Below are positions 20,076 to 30,482 of a stretch of 64,000 nucleotides of DNA, piece after piece. Each line of letters opens with the position of its first letter. Within the stretch, counting starts at the first letter, position 1. A program made the translations under genes and the position numbers. Source of the stretch: Dehalococcoidia bacterium (GTDB lineage: Bacteria > Chloroflexota > Dehalococcoidia > GIF9 > UBA5629); the NCBI GenBank assembly GCA_050011565.1, contig JBEKIW010000001.1:160001-224000 (forward strand). The letters run 5' to 3'. Below the pieces are notes generated by a model. It was not told the DNA's origin and searched no databases. It saw only the letters and a program-made list of their open reading frames with translations.

Positions 20076-22367
20076 TCAGGTTGTTACTTCGAACTGGCCT
20101 TCAAGTACGATGTCCCTGGCAGAGCAGCCCACCATAACCTTGAACATGCCCGGCTCGACGGTGAACTTCATATTCTTATCGTAGAGGCCGAGTGCTTCTA
20201 CCGGCAACTCAAATTCCACTGTTCTGGTTTCGGCTGGTTCCAGTGCCACCCGTTTGAAGCCTTTCAATTCTTTGACCGGCCTGGTAATGCTGGCAACTAT
20301 ATCGTTGACGTAGAGCTGGACTACCTCTTCGCCGCTTCTGTTTCCCGTGTTTTCGACATCAACCTTTATTGAGACTTTGCCGGCTCGCCCAACTCGTTTT
20401 GGCTGTATTTTGAGATTGCTGAGCTTGAATGTGGTGTAGCTGAGGCCATGGCCGAAGTCAAAAGCGGGGCTGGTGCTGGAATCAACGTAGTCTCCCCATA
20501 ATTGAGACCGGGCACCGGATGGTTTATGTGCATAGTAAACCGGAATTTGCCCCACCTTTCTGGGGAAGGAAATGGGCAGTTTGCCGCCTGGATTGTAATC
20601 CCCGAAAAGAACATCAGCGACCGCAGTGCCGCCTTCTTCGCCCGGCAGCCAGGCTTCAAGGATGGCTGGAATCTTTTCTGCAATCCATTCAAGTGCGAGC
20701 GGCCTGCCGTCAACCAGAACCAGAACCGTGGGAGTTCCCGTCTCGTAAATAGCTTTCACCAGGTCCTCCTGAACGCCAAGGAGGCGTAACTCGACGCGGT
20801 CCCTCATTTCCCCGCAGGTACACTCCGGGGTCATGCCGGATTTCCCCCCGACTACCACCACCGCCACATCGGCACCTCGTGCCGCTGTCACGGCTTCAGC
20901 AAAGCCATCTTTTGACGTGCCGCTGACGTCGCAACCTCCGGCATATAAAACCTTTGTCTTTGGGGAGACCTTTGCCTTAATTCCTTCGAGGATAGTAACT
21001 ACCGGAACGGTAATCTGGTCAGGCTGAGCTTCTGATTCCGGCAATTTGGAACCGAGCATTGTTGCCGTCATTATCATAAGTCCGATATGAGCCGGGTAAG
21101 TGTAGTCGCCAAGTATGTTTCGGGGGCTGTCCGCGTTCGGCCCAATTACGGCTATGGTTTTAATATCCTTGCTCAGCGGCAGTATGGTGCTTTCATTTTT
21201 CAGCAGGACCAGCGATTTGTGCGCGGCTTCGAGAGCGAGCTTACGATGCTCCGGTACAGTGAAAATCTTTACGACATTTTCCGGCTCGACGTACGGAGTT
21301 TCAAAAAGTCCCAGCCTGAATTTAAGCTTCAATATCCGGGCTACGGCTTGATTGACCAGCTTTTCCGCGACAACCCCGGTCTCAACTTGCTCTTTTAGAG
21401 GCTCGGCATAGAAGTCGCATCTGGGCAGCTCGATGTCTATTCCGGCGGTTAGTGCCAGCCTACCGGCATTTGCTTTGTCGCCGGCTATAAGGTGATAGTT
21501 GTGCAGGTTATCAATAGCGTAATAATCGGAAACTACGATTCCTTCAAATCCCCATTCTTTACGCAGAATTTCAGTAAGCAATTCCGTGGACGCCGCACAG
21601 GGAACGCCGTCTATTTCATGATAGGCATTCATAACCGATAAAGCGCCCCCTGTCTTGATGGCTTCCTTGAACGGGTACAGATAAACTTCCCTAAGCAGTC
21701 TCGGCGGTATATGTGCCGGTGCCCAGTTCAGTCCGCCCTCTGAAAGTCCATAGCCGGCGAAATGTTTCAAGGTGGCGATAACACCATGGCTCAAATCGTC
21801 GCCCTGCAGCCCTTTCACGTAGGCTGTCCCCATTCCCGCTATAAGATAGGGGTCTTCTCCAAAGGTTTCTTCAACTCTTCCCCATCTTGGGTCTCTAGCG
21901 ACGTCTAAGACAGGGCTAAGCCCCTGATGGAATCCCACTGCTCTCATTTGTCTTCTGATTAGGTCGGTTATCCTTTCGACCAGCTCTGTGTCCCAGGTGC
22001 TGGATATGCCGATTATCTGCGGGAAAATGTCCGCCTCTCTGGCCACAAAGCCGCTCAGGCATTCTTCGTGGATTATGGCGGGTACCCCCAGCTTAGTGTT
22101 CTCCGCCAGGAACCTTTGAATGGCATTGGTGAATTCGGCAAGCTGTCGAGAAGACAATGCGGTAGATGCCGCAGCTCTGGATATTTGCCCTATTCCACTT
22201 TTTATGAGCGATTTTGCCTTTTGCGGAGAGAATCTCCTGTCTTCCAGCACTTCGAAGCCCCAGATGCCGCCGAGCTGTGCCAGCTTCTCATCGAGCGTCA
22301 TTCGGGAAATAAGGTCTTTGACCCTGGCAACAATGGACTTTGAAGAATCCCGATAAATTTCCATCAT
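20076..22367 (-). CDS. glycoside hydrolase family 3 (beta-glucosidase/xylosidase), cytoplasmic
   Basis: RDPRWGRVEETFGED, KHF, VVSDY, FGHGLSYTTF, C-terminal Fn3-like (ELKGF); no signal peptide. Confidence 0.93.
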   Translation of the reverse strand: MMEIYRDSSKSIVARVKDLISRMTLDEKLAQLGGIWGFEVLEDRRFSPQKAKSLIKSGIGQISRAAASTALSSRQLAEFTNAIQRFLAENTKLGVPAIIHEECLSGFVAREADIFPQIIGISSTWDTELVERITDLIRRQMRAVGFHQGLSPVLDVARDPRWGRVEETFGEDPYLIAGMGTAYVKGLQGDDLSHGVIATLKHFAGYGLSEGGLNWAPAHIPPRLLREVYLYPFKEAIKTGGALSVMNAYHEIDGVPCAASTELLTEILRKEWGFEGIVVSDYYAIDNLHNYHLIAGDKANAGRLALTAGIDIELPRCDFYAEPLKEQVETGVVAEKLVNQAVARILKLKFRLGLFETPYVEPENVVKIFTVPEHRKLALEAAHKSLVLLKNESTILPLSKDIKTIAVIGPNADSPRNILGDYTYPAHIGLMIMTATMLGSKLPESEAQPDQITVPVVTILEGIKAKVSPKTKVLYAGGCDVSGTSKDGFAEAVTAARGADVAVVVVGGKSGMTPECTCGEMRDRVELRLLGVQEDLVKAIYETGTPTVLVLVDGRPLALEWIAEKIPAILEAWLPGEEGGTAVADVLFGDYNPGGKLPISFPRKVGQIPVYYAHKPSGARSQLWGDYVDSSTSPAFDFGHGLSYTTFKLSNLKIQPKRVGRAGKVSIKVDVENTGNRSGEEVVQLYVNDIVASITRPVKELKGFKRVALEPAETRTVEFELPVEALGLYDKNMKFTVEPGMFKVMVGCSARDIVLEGQFEVTT

Positions 22368-22528
22368 TCATCTTGAATCTTTTTATGCCACATTGTATCG
22401 GTATTGAGGCTGATGTTACAAGGGTCGATGTTTAAAAAAGTGCCGTGCAGGTAATTCGGACGTCATTTTTGGCGCATGGGCGTGCAGATATAGTATGATA
22501 TTAAGAAATTCAATTGCTGAGGAACATT

Positions 22529-22554
22529 GTAACCAAACTGAAGACACTGGTTAC
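22529..22554. promoter_or_regulatory. candidate operator (inverted repeat) upstream of the dehydratase gene
   Basis: gtaacca-N12-tggttac about 30 bp before ATG 22585. Confidence 0.35.
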
Positions 22555-22584
22555 TTTTACAGTGTAGATTTTTGGAGGTGACAC

Positions 22585-24045
22585 ATGACTATGATGACGG
22601 GACAACAGTATCGAGAAAGTCTGAGGCGGCTTAAGCCTGAGGTCTACTACCTGGGGGAGAAGATAGAAAGTGTGGCTGACCACCCCGCCTTCTTGCCCCA
22701 CGTCAATGCGGCAGCGCTGACATATGATATGGCGCTGGCGCCCGAATTTGAGGAGCTGTTGACTGCCATCTCACACCTTACAGGGGAGAAAATCAATCGT
22801 TTCACCCACATACATCATAGCCATGACGACCTGGTGAAAAAGGTGAAGATGCTGCGTGCCCTCGGCCAGCAGACGGGCAGCTGCTTCCAGAGATGTGTTG
22901 GCTTCGACGGGCTTAATTCTGTCTATTCGATTACCTACGACATAGACCAGAAGCTGGGGACAGACTATCACAAGCGTCTGGTCAATTTGCTTAAGCAGGT
23001 ACAATCCAAAGACCTGATGGTTTCAGGTGCTATGACTGACGTAAAGGGTAACCGCCGACTGTCACCGAGCCAGCAGAAAGACCCCGACCTATACGTGCAT
23101 ATGGTGGAAAAGAAGAAGGACGGCATTGTGGTCAGAGGTGCCAAGGCTCACATTACGGGCGCCGTTAATTCACACGGACACCTGGTAATGCCGACGTCGG
23201 CCATGAAGGCGGAAGATGCTGATTATGCTGTGTGTTTCTATGTGCCGGTCGACGCCCCCGGAGTGGTCCATATCTTCGGACGGCAGACCAACGACACGCG
23301 CAAATGTAACTGCTTCCTTGACCAGGGCAATGTGGACTACGGCATCGTCGGCGGCGAGGCTCTGATTGTCTTCGATGATGTGTTTGTTCCGTGGGAGCAT
23401 GTCTTCATGTGCGGCGAATACGAGTTTGCCTATGAGCTGGTGGAGAGGTTCGCTACCGCCCACCGCCAGAACTACGGCGGCTGCAAGACCGGTCTGGCTG
23501 ACGCACTAATAGGCGCTACTTATGCACTGGCGCAGGTCCAGGGAACAGACCGCGCTTCGCACACCAGAGACAAGCTGGTGGAGATGGTCCATCTGACGGA
23601 GACTCTTTACTGCTGCTCCATAGCTTGCTCCTGCCAGGGCTACGCTTTACCTGCCGGCTCATATATGGCTGACCCGCTCCTGGCAAATGTCACCAAGTTG
23701 AACGTCACCCGCGAAGTTTACGAAATTGCCCGGCTGGCGCAGGATATCGCCGGCGGCATACTGGCCACAGCCCCATCGGAGATGGACTGGAAAGACGAGC
23801 GGGTAGGCAAGTACGTGGACAAGTATATGAAAGGCGTTGCCGAAGTGCCTACCGAGACCAGATTACGATTGATCCGGCTTCTTGAAGGGATGACCTGCGG
23901 TACCGCGCTGGTCGAGTCCATGCATGGTGCGGGCTCACCTCAGGCGCAGAGGATTATGATTGAGCGACAGGCCAATTTTGAGCGTAAAAAGAGGCTGGCG
24001 GAGAAGCTGGCCAAAATTGGGGAACAGCCTCTACTTGTCTGCTAA
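22585..24045 (+). CDS. 4-hydroxybutyryl-CoA dehydratase (AbfD-like)
   Basis: CFQRCVG, AMTDVKG, RGAKAH, HRQNYGGCK, ESMHGAGSP; Fe-S Cys/His ligands present. Confidence 0.9.
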   Translation: MTMMTGQQYRESLRRLKPEVYYLGEKIESVADHPAFLPHVNAAALTYDMALAPEFEELLTAISHLTGEKINRFTHIHHSHDDLVKKVKMLRALGQQTGSCFQRCVGFDGLNSVYSITYDIDQKLGTDYHKRLVNLLKQVQSKDLMVSGAMTDVKGNRRLSPSQQKDPDLYVHMVEKKKDGIVVRGAKAHITGAVNSHGHLVMPTSAMKAEDADYAVCFYVPVDAPGVVHIFGRQTNDTRKCNCFLDQGNVDYGIVGGEALIVFDDVFVPWEHVFMCGEYEFAYELVERFATAHRQNYGGCKTGLADALIGATYALAQVQGTDRASHTRDKLVEMVHLTETLYCCSIACSCQGYALPAGSYMADPLLANVTKLNVTREVYEIARLAQDIAGGILATAPSEMDWKDERVGKYVDKYMKGVAEVPTETRLRLIRLLEGMTCGTALVESMHGAGSPQAQRIMIERQANFERKKRLAEKLAKIGEQPLLVC

Positions 24046-24050
24046 CATAA

Positions 24051-24377
24051 GTGTCAAAGAACAGTCGCAAAGTTAAGGTAGCCCTGAAGTATTGCGGTTC
24101 CTGCAATCCCCGCGTGGACTTGAGCCGGATAGCGCGTCATCTGGCTAAGGTGGCTGAAGAGCGGGGGGATTTTCAACTGGTGCCTCTGTCTGAAAATATT
24201 GACGTGGTGGTCATTCTGTGCGGCTGCCCACGTGCCTGTGGCAATAAGGAAGAGGTTCGAGCCAGGGCCAAACGAAGCCTGCTTACGGCAGGTGAGTCTG
24301 TAAACCGGCGAGCTGTGCCGGAAGCCCAACTGCCAACGGTCGTAGAGCAAGAGCTTGATAAAATCCTGGACAGCTAG
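24051..24377 (+). CDS. small Cys-rich hypothetical protein
   Basis: KYCGSCNP and ILCGCPRAC motifs; starts 5 bp after the dehydratase stop. Confidence 0.7.
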   Translation: MSKNSRKVKVALKYCGSCNPRVDLSRIARHLAKVAEERGDFQLVPLSENIDVVVILCGCPRACGNKEEVRARAKRSLLTAGESVNRRAVPEAQLPTVVEQELDKILDS

Positions 24378-24518
24378 ACCGTAGTCCTTAGCGAATAAAC
24401 CTTTTCCCCATCCCCGCCGTTTACTATATTGTGACTTCAAACCTCCTCACGTTCATGGCCTGCCCATGGATACGGGCAGTGCCCATTACTTGCAATTTGG
24501 GAAGTCTCCGAGAGCAGA

Positions 24519-25145
24519 TTGAAGGAGGTACCAGCCTTGTTTGAGCAAGAACCTGAAGAACTGCTGCGGATGCTTAACGGCACAGTCGATGCGATGACGT
24601 CGCTGTGTCAGAAAATAGACCCCTATACCGCCGGTCACCAACGCCGGGTAGCCCGGCTCGCCTGTGCTATCGCCAAGAAGATGGGCCTTTCTGATGAGCA
24701 GGTCTACGGCCTTCGCGTAATAGGTATAGTCCACGATATCGGGAAAATGGCTCTGCCCGACGAGATTCTGAGCAAGCCGGGAGAACTGAACGCGGAAGAA
24801 CTCAGCATCGTCAAGACCCATCCTCTGGTGGCTTACGATATACTGAAAAACCTGGAATTCCCCTGGCCGGTAGCCCAAACCGTATTACAGCACCATGAAA
24901 GGGTAGACGGCTCAGGTTATCCCAATCAGCTTGCCGGCGAAGATATAATCCTTGAAGCCAGGATTTTGTGTGTTGCCGATGTCGTTGAATCCATGGTCTC
25001 CCATCGACCTTATCGCCCGGCCCCGGGGTTGGAGAAGGCGCTGGAAGAAATCGAGCTGAACAGCGGTGTTCTTTATGACCCCGTGGTAGCAGATGCTTGC
25101 TACAAGCTGTCTTCTAACGGCGGCATAAAGCTCGACTGGGAATAG
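24519..25145 (+). CDS. stand-alone HD-GYP domain phosphodiesterase
   Basis: DPYTAGHQRRV, HDIGK, HHERVDGSGYP, HRPYR. Confidence 0.9.
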   Translation: MKEVPALFEQEPEELLRMLNGTVDAMTSLCQKIDPYTAGHQRRVARLACAIAKKMGLSDEQVYGLRVIGIVHDIGKMALPDEILSKPGELNAEELSIVKTHPLVAYDILKNLEFPWPVAQTVLQHHERVDGSGYPNQLAGEDIILEARILCVADVVESMVSHRPYRPAPGLEKALEEIELNSGVLYDPVVADACYKLSSNGGIKLDWE

Positions 25146-25268
25146 CCAGAGCAGTAATCCATAGCCAGTTGTCCCTCTTTTTTCTGCATTTTACTATGCC
25201 ATACTGCCACATTATCTGTTATAATAATTGAGAAGGCGATTCAAATTTAAAAAAAGCAGGAGGTAGAC

Positions 25269-25736
25269 ATGAAAGGGGATAAAAAAGTTATTGATACTCT
25301 AAACTCGCTCTTGGCTGATGAGCTAACAGCCGTTAACCAGTACATGGTGCATGCCGAGATGTGCGAAAATTGGGGCTATAATAAACTGGGCGAGACCATC
25401 CAGAAGCGCGCTATAGAAGAGATGAAGCATGCCGAAAAGCTAATCGGCCGTATTCTGTTTCTCGAAGGCATTCCAATTGTCAGCAATCTCAGAAAAATGA
25501 CCATTGGTGCCGATGTGGCCAAGATGTTTGGCAGCGACCATGCTTTAGAAGCCGGCGCCATAAAAAGCTATAACGCTGCAATCGTTGTCTGTGGCGAGGC
25601 CAAGGATTTCGCCACGCGCGAAATTATGGAATCTATACTCAAAGATGAGGATAAGCATATCGACGGCATTGAAGAGGTACAGGACCAGATTTCGCAGATG
25701 GGTGCGCAGATTTTCCTGTCGACACAAAACAAATAA
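25269..25736 (+). CDS. bfr: bacterioferritin
   Basis: MKGD..VI..LN..LADELTAVNQY, EEMKHA, DEDKH; AGGAGG RBS. Confidence 0.95.
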   Translation: MKGDKKVIDTLNSLLADELTAVNQYMVHAEMCENWGYNKLGETIQKRAIEEMKHAEKLIGRILFLEGIPIVSNLRKMTIGADVAKMFGSDHALEAGAIKSYNAAIVVCGEAKDFATREIMESILKDEDKHIDGIEEVQDQISQMGAQIFLSTQNK

Positions 25737-25777
25737 AGCGGTCATACTGTTTCGTCAAGGCATGTAGGAAGAAGACG

Positions 25778-25812
25778 AAAGCCCCCTGTTTTTATTATTC
25801 GGGGGGCTTTTT
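25778..25812. terminator. intrinsic terminator between convergent bfr and ppdK
   Basis: aaagccccc...ggggggcttttt. Confidence 0.7.
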
Positions 25813-25835
25813 CTATTGCAGTGGCACAACATGTA

Positions 25836-28121
25836 CTAGGAAGGCAAAGGAGCAGCGAATTCGATTTCAGCGTCTTCCCGCTGATGAATAGCTGCCTGTG
25901 CAGCTACTAGTTTAGCTATAGGCACTCTGAACGGGCTACAACTTACGTAGTCGACATTTATGGCGTTGAAAAACTGAATTGACCTGGGCTCTCCGGCTTG
26001 CTCTCCGCAGACGCCGATTTTGATGTCTTTCTTGGCTCGTCGCGCCCAGAATATTGCCGTCTCCATTAATCTGCCCACACCTTTAACATCTATAATCTCG
26101 AAGGGGTTGTCTTCAAGGATGCCGATTTGGAGGTAGGTTGATAGGAACTTCTTTTCAGCATCTTCCCTACTGAACGAGAACACTGCCTGAGTGAGGTCAT
26201 TGGTACCAAATGAGAGGAAGTCTGCCGCTTCAGCTAGCCTGCCGGCTCTCATACAGGCACGCACTGTTTCCATCATACAACCGACTTTTAGCCTGGAGCC
26301 TTCCAGACACTTTCCTTTTATCAAAAGTAGCTCTTGCAGGGTAATGACCTGTGGTATCATCACCGAGACATCGGCAGGCATCTCCAGCTTAGCAGCTTCT
26401 ATGGCTTTAATCTGCATTTTGTAGATGTCAGGGGATGTTACCGCCAATCTGACGCCTCTGTGTCCCAGCATAGGATTTATTTCCTTCAGAGCAGCTATAC
26501 GCTGCTTCATGCGTGGATTAGTGGTTTCCGCTTCCGATGGTAGAAACTCATGAAGCGGCAAGTCGAGAAGTCTGATAACGATGGGTAAACCTTTTAGCTC
26601 CTTGAAAAGGGCAACAAAGTCCTCTTTTTGGAGCACAGCCAGCCGTTCTAGGGCTGCTGCTTTTCTAGCCTCAGTTTCCGCCAGTATGAATTCCCTTATG
26701 GCTGAGAGGCGTTCTGGCCCGCTGAACTGACGCTCAGTGCGACACAGCCCTATCCCCTCGGCACCCAGTTTTATAGCCTGGGATACCATTTCCGGCATGT
26801 CAGCATTGGCCATTACTCCCAGGCGCTTGAATCCATCAGCCCAGGTCGATAACTCTCCAAGCTCCTCTATCATCTGCCCTTCCTCTAAAGGCAGTGATCC
26901 CAGATAGACAGCGCCGGTTGTCCCGTCTATGGTAATCTCATGACCTTGGCGCACCACCTGTCCCTTGACCTGGAATTGTTTCAGGTTGAGGTCTATTTCA
27001 ATCTCCTCAGTTCCGCAGACGCAGGGTTTTCCCATGCCGCGGGTAACTATGGCAGCATGAGAGGTAAGTCCGCCTTTCGACGTCAGTATCCCATCTGCCG
27101 CTGCGATGCCCTGAATATCGTCCGGGCTTGTCTCCGGACGGACCAGTATTACTGGCACGCTCCTTTTTGCCAATCTCATTGCTTCACTTGGCTCAAACAC
27201 AACTTGTCCATGCACGGCACCTGGAGCTGCGGCTAGTCCTTTGGTCAAGGGGCGATACGACTCAGGCGATGCTATGTGCTTATGCAGTAGCGCTCTCAGG
27301 TCGTCGGCGGTCAAGCGAGTGATAGCCTCTTCTGTGATGATAAGCCCCTCGTGAACCATATCAACGGCAACCTTGACGGCTGCACGGCCGGTTCTCTTGG
27401 CAGACCTGGTCTGCAGGATATACAGCCTCCTGGACTCAACGGTGAACTCTATGTCTTGCATATCGCTGTAATGTTTTTCTAATAGTTCAGCCATTCCCTG
27501 CAATTGTGCGTAGACATTCGGCATGCGCTTTTTAAGGTCGGTGATTGGACTTGGCGTCTTCGCTCCCGATACTAATTCCTCGCCTTGGGCCTGGCTCAGG
27601 TATTCACCAAAGAGTTCTTTCTGCCCGGTACTGGGGTCACGACTGAATACTACACCCGTGCCAGAATTTTCATCCTTGTTGCCGAAGACCATGGCTTGAA
27701 TTATGACTGCTGTGCCCAGGTCGGCGGGTATGTTGTTCAGACGGCGGTATTCCACAGCGCGCAGGTTGTCCCACGAGTCAAAAACCCGTTTGGCGGCTAT
27801 TTTCATATCAGCTATATCATTCACATTCAGAACGGTATCCATCATGCCCGGCATGGACACCGGCGCTGAAGAGCGTACGGAGACCTGCAGCTCTTTGCCC
27901 AGCTTTTTACCAGTATGTTTTTCTAGGTCAGCCACAGCCTGTTTAATTTCTGCGTCTGGCAACATGCCGCTTTTTTTGTACTCTGTGTAAGATTTAACCG
28001 ACAGAATAAATCCCGGCGGAACTGGAAGTCCCAACCTGGTCATTGTTACCAGGTTAGCCCCCTTATTGCCCAGAATGGCTTTATCTTCACAATTATCATG
28101 GAAAGTGTATACATTGGACAT
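25836..28121 (-). CDS. ppdK: pyruvate phosphate dikinase, short form
   Basis: LGNKGANL, VSVRSSA.VSMPGMMDT, QAMVFGN, GGLTSHAA (phospho-His), GLCRTE, FGTNDL, GVCGEQ; likely start ATG 28121. Confidence 0.92.
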   Translation of the reverse strand: MSNVYTFHDNCEDKAILGNKGANLVTMTRLGLPVPPGFILSVKSYTEYKKSGMLPDAEIKQAVADLEKHTGKKLGKELQVSVRSSAPVSMPGMMDTVLNVNDIADMKIAAKRVFDSWDNLRAVEYRRLNNIPADLGTAVIIQAMVFGNKDENSGTGVVFSRDPSTGQKELFGEYLSQAQGEELVSGAKTPSPITDLKKRMPNVYAQLQGMAELLEKHYSDMQDIEFTVESRRLYILQTRSAKRTGRAAVKVAVDMVHEGLIITEEAITRLTADDLRALLHKHIASPESYRPLTKGLAAAPGAVHGQVVFEPSEAMRLAKRSVPVILVRPETSPDDIQGIAAADGILTSKGGLTSHAAIVTRGMGKPCVCGTEEIEIDLNLKQFQVKGQVVRQGHEITIDGTTGAVYLGSLPLEEGQMIEELGELSTWADGFKRLGVMANADMPEMVSQAIKLGAEGIGLCRTERQFSGPERLSAIREFILAETEARKAAALERLAVLQKEDFVALFKELKGLPIVIRLLDLPLHEFLPSEAETTNPRMKQRIAALKEINPMLGHRGVRLAVTSPDIYKMQIKAIEAAKLEMPADVSVMIPQVITLQELLLIKGKCLEGSRLKVGCMMETVRACMRAGRLAEAADFLSFGTNDLTQAVFSFSREDAEKKFLSTYLQIGILEDNPFEIIDVKGVGRLMETAIFWARRAKKDIKIGVCGEQAGEPRSIQFFNAINVDYVSCSPFRVPIAKLVAAQAAIHQREDAEIEFAAPLPS

Positions 28122-28272
28122 AGTTCTGCCCCCCCCCAAAATAGATGCTAATTAGATAGTAACCAGAAAATTATATCCCGCGCTGGCGGGTATTTCAATT
28201 CACACCGGGTTTCATGAGGACATGTACGCGTAATAGAATACCAGGGTCAACTGAGGGCGGGTTAAACCTGAA

Positions 28273-29835
28273 TTATTCCAGGTAGTCTTTGAGTTTACGG
28301 CTGCGGCTGGGATGGCGCAGCTTGCGCAATGCCTTGGCCTCTATCTGGCGGATTCGCTCGCGGGTCACATTGAATTCCTTCCCCACCTCTTCTAAAGTTC
28401 GGGGTCTATCGTCCTCTAATCCAAACCTGAGTAGTAAAACCCTTCTCTCCCGGTCACTGAGTTCAGAAAGTACCTTGGTTAGTTGCGCCTTAAGTAACTC
28501 TCGTGAGGCAGCCTCGGCCGGCGGCATGGTAGTTCGATCTTCAACAAAATCACCGAGGTCGCTGTCTCCCTCTTCGCCGATAGGAGCTTCTAAAGACAGC
28601 GGCATTTTAGATAGTTTCAAGACTTCCCTTACTTTTTCCGAAGGTATGTCCATGGCTCTGCCGATTTCCTCGACACTCGGTTCACGCCCATACTCTTGAG
28701 ACAGCCAGCGAATGGTCTTATACAACTTATTGATGATTTCCACCATGTGCACCGGGATACGAATAGTACGGGCCTGGTCGGCTATAGCCCGGGTAATACT
28801 TTGCCTTATCCACCAGTGAGCGTAAGTGCTGAATTTATAGCCTTTCCTGTACTGGAATTTGCTCACGGCACGAAACAGGCCCATGTTGCCTTCCTGGATA
28901 AGGTCGAGGAGTGGTATTCCATGTCCGGTATATTTCTTGGCCACGCTGACTACCAGGCGCAAGTTGGCTTCAATAAGCTGTTTCTCTGCTTCACTGGCCG
29001 TTCTCTTAACCTGGCTAAAATGGGTTGTAAGCTTCTGGCTCCTAGCCCGAAGTTTGGCAAGTAATTCACGATTAACGGGCTCGGCGGCTAACGATTTCAG
29101 CTTACTAGGCGAGGTTCCATCTACTATGCTCTCCAGTAGTTCCATGGGCAAAAGCCGGCTATCTAAGGAAAAGTCTATCAAGCTCCGCCCGACTTCTGAA
29201 GTGCTTTTACCGTTGGTTTCGGTGATAGCTTTCACCAGTTCGGGGTCGATTACGCCATCGATAGCTGCTCGCAGTTTGGGATCGCGAATTGTCTGGATGA
29301 AGTTATGGTTCGTAGCAATCTCAAAGCGCCTGGAGAGAATACGTACTACGGGCCAGGCGGCAAGCAAATGACGAAGCAAATAGATTGTCGTTCTAACCGC
29401 CGCGGAATATTTGCCGTCTTGCTGGGAGCTAAGGTCTTCAATCTTTGCCAGGTACTTGGCTTCTTCTAATTTACTGGCTAATACCTTTTCATCTTTGGCG
29501 GTGAGAAGCGAAACCCTGCCAATCTCGTGAAGATACATGAGGACCGGGTCATCAACTGGCTGTTCCCAGGGCTCTGCTTCCAGATTCAGCGCGGGCTTGG
29601 CTTCTCTTTCTGTCTTATCTGCCCACTCGTCTTCAGGGTCGGCAGATTCCTCTGCGCCCCAGGGCAGGACAGGTTCTGCAATTTCTCCTTCTGTCTCATC
29701 ATCGTGCAAGGAGCCCCAGGTGCCCCGGGCAAGCGCAATCGGCTCAACCTCGGACGCAATACCGAGGACTTCTTCCGAGTTCAGTCCATCATTGTTTTTC
29801 ATCTTAATAGAAAAAGGGGCTTCTACTAAGTACAA
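28273..29835 (-). CDS. RpoD-like sigma-70 factor
   Basis: [11 protein letters not shown] (1.2), [52 protein letters not shown]; no adjacent dnaG; start may be ATG 29802. Confidence 0.92.
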   Translation of the reverse strand: MYLVEAPFSIKMKNNDGLNSEEVLGIASEVEPIALARGTWGSLHDDETEGEIAEPVLPWGAEESADPEDEWADKTEREAKPALNLEAEPWEQPVDDPVLMYLHEIGRVSLLTAKDEKVLASKLEEAKYLAKIEDLSSQQDGKYSAAVRTTIYLLRHLLAAWPVVRILSRRFEIATNHNFIQTIRDPKLRAAIDGVIDPELVKAITETNGKSTSEVGRSLIDFSLDSRLLPMELLESIVDGTSPSKLKSLAAEPVNRELLAKLRARSQKLTTHFSQVKRTASEAEKQLIEANLRLVVSVAKKYTGHGIPLLDLIQEGNMGLFRAVSKFQYRKGYKFSTYAHWWIRQSITRAIADQARTIRIPVHMVEIINKLYKTIRWLSQEYGREPSVEEIGRAMDIPSEKVREVLKLSKMPLSLEAPIGEEGDSDLGDFVEDRTTMPPAEAASRELLKAQLTKVLSELSDRERRVLLLRFGLEDDRPRTLEEVGKEFNVTRERIRQIEAKALRKLRHPSRSRKLKDYLE

Positions 29836-29872
29836 GTGCCATATGTCTCAGGCATGTCGAGCAGAAGGAGAT

Positions 29873-30187
29873 TTAGTATCTTCTCTGTCTGCCTCTGCCG
29901 CCGCCAAACCCTCCGCCTCCGCCTCCGCCTCCGCCTCTGCTGTCTGTGCGAGGGCGAGCCTCATTAACATCGAGCGTTCGCTCCTTCAGTGTTTTGCCTT
30001 TGAGGCCGGCGATTGCAGCTTCGGCTTCGGCCTTTGCTGGCATTTCAACGAAGCCAAATCCCCTGGATTGCCCGCTGTATTTGTCCTTTATGATGCTTAC
30101 GGAGGTGACTCCGCCGAAAGCCTTGAATTCCTCTCGTAATTCATCTTCAGTTATATCAGACGATAAGTTGCCGACGTATATATTCAT
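29873..30187 (-). CDS. RRM RNA-binding protein with Gly-rich tail (Rbp type)
   Basis: RNP2 IYVGNL, RNP1 RGFGFVEM, GGG tail; AAGGAGG RBS. Confidence 0.95.
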   Translation of the reverse strand: MNIYVGNLSSDITEDELREEFKAFGGVTSVSIIKDKYSGQSRGFGFVEMPAKAEAEAAIAGLKGKTLKERTLDVNEARPRTDSRGGGGGGGGGFGGGRGRQRRY

Positions 30188-30220
30188 ATTTTGCGCCTCC
30201 TTCTATTATCATATTGTGTA

Positions 30221-30256
30221 ACATACATAGGCCAGGCATCCCCGGCCTATGTATGT
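30221..30256. other. 13-bp hairpin between zinc-ribbon and RRM genes
   Basis: acatacataggcc-N10-ggcctatgtatgt. Confidence 0.65.
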
Positions 30257-30290
30257 ACCTAAAGCCGAACTAGTATTTCCGGCTATGTTC

Positions 30291-30482
30291 TCACCTGCTG
30301 TTGTCGCTATGCCAGCCACCGTTTGAACCACCGCGCTGTTGTTTCTTAGCCTGTCGGCATTGAGGACAACGCTTGGGGTCATTGGTAAAGCCTTTAGACG
30401 CGAAGAACTCTTGTTCCCCGGCAGTGAAGGTGAAGGTAGTCCCGCAATCGGGACAGGAAATTGACTTGTCTGTGAAACTCAC
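30291..30482 (-). CDS. zinc-ribbon protein (CxxC...FTAGEQEF...CxxC family)
   Basis: FTDKSISCPDCG..FTFTAGEQEFF..KGF.NDPKRCPQCR; GGAGG RBS. Confidence 0.9.
   Translation of the reverse strand: MSFTDKSISCPDCGTTFTFTAGEQEFFASKGFTNDPKRCPQCRQAKKQQRGGSNGGWHSDNSR

Noticed and set aside
24440-24518. Small hairpins upstream of the HD-GYP gene as a c-di-GMP riboswitch
   Set aside because: The GEMM-type consensus (GGCAAA...GAAA tetraloop...GCAAAGC) is not present.
29905-29940. (ccgcct)n tandem repeat
   Set aside because: It simply encodes the Gly-rich tail of the RRM protein.
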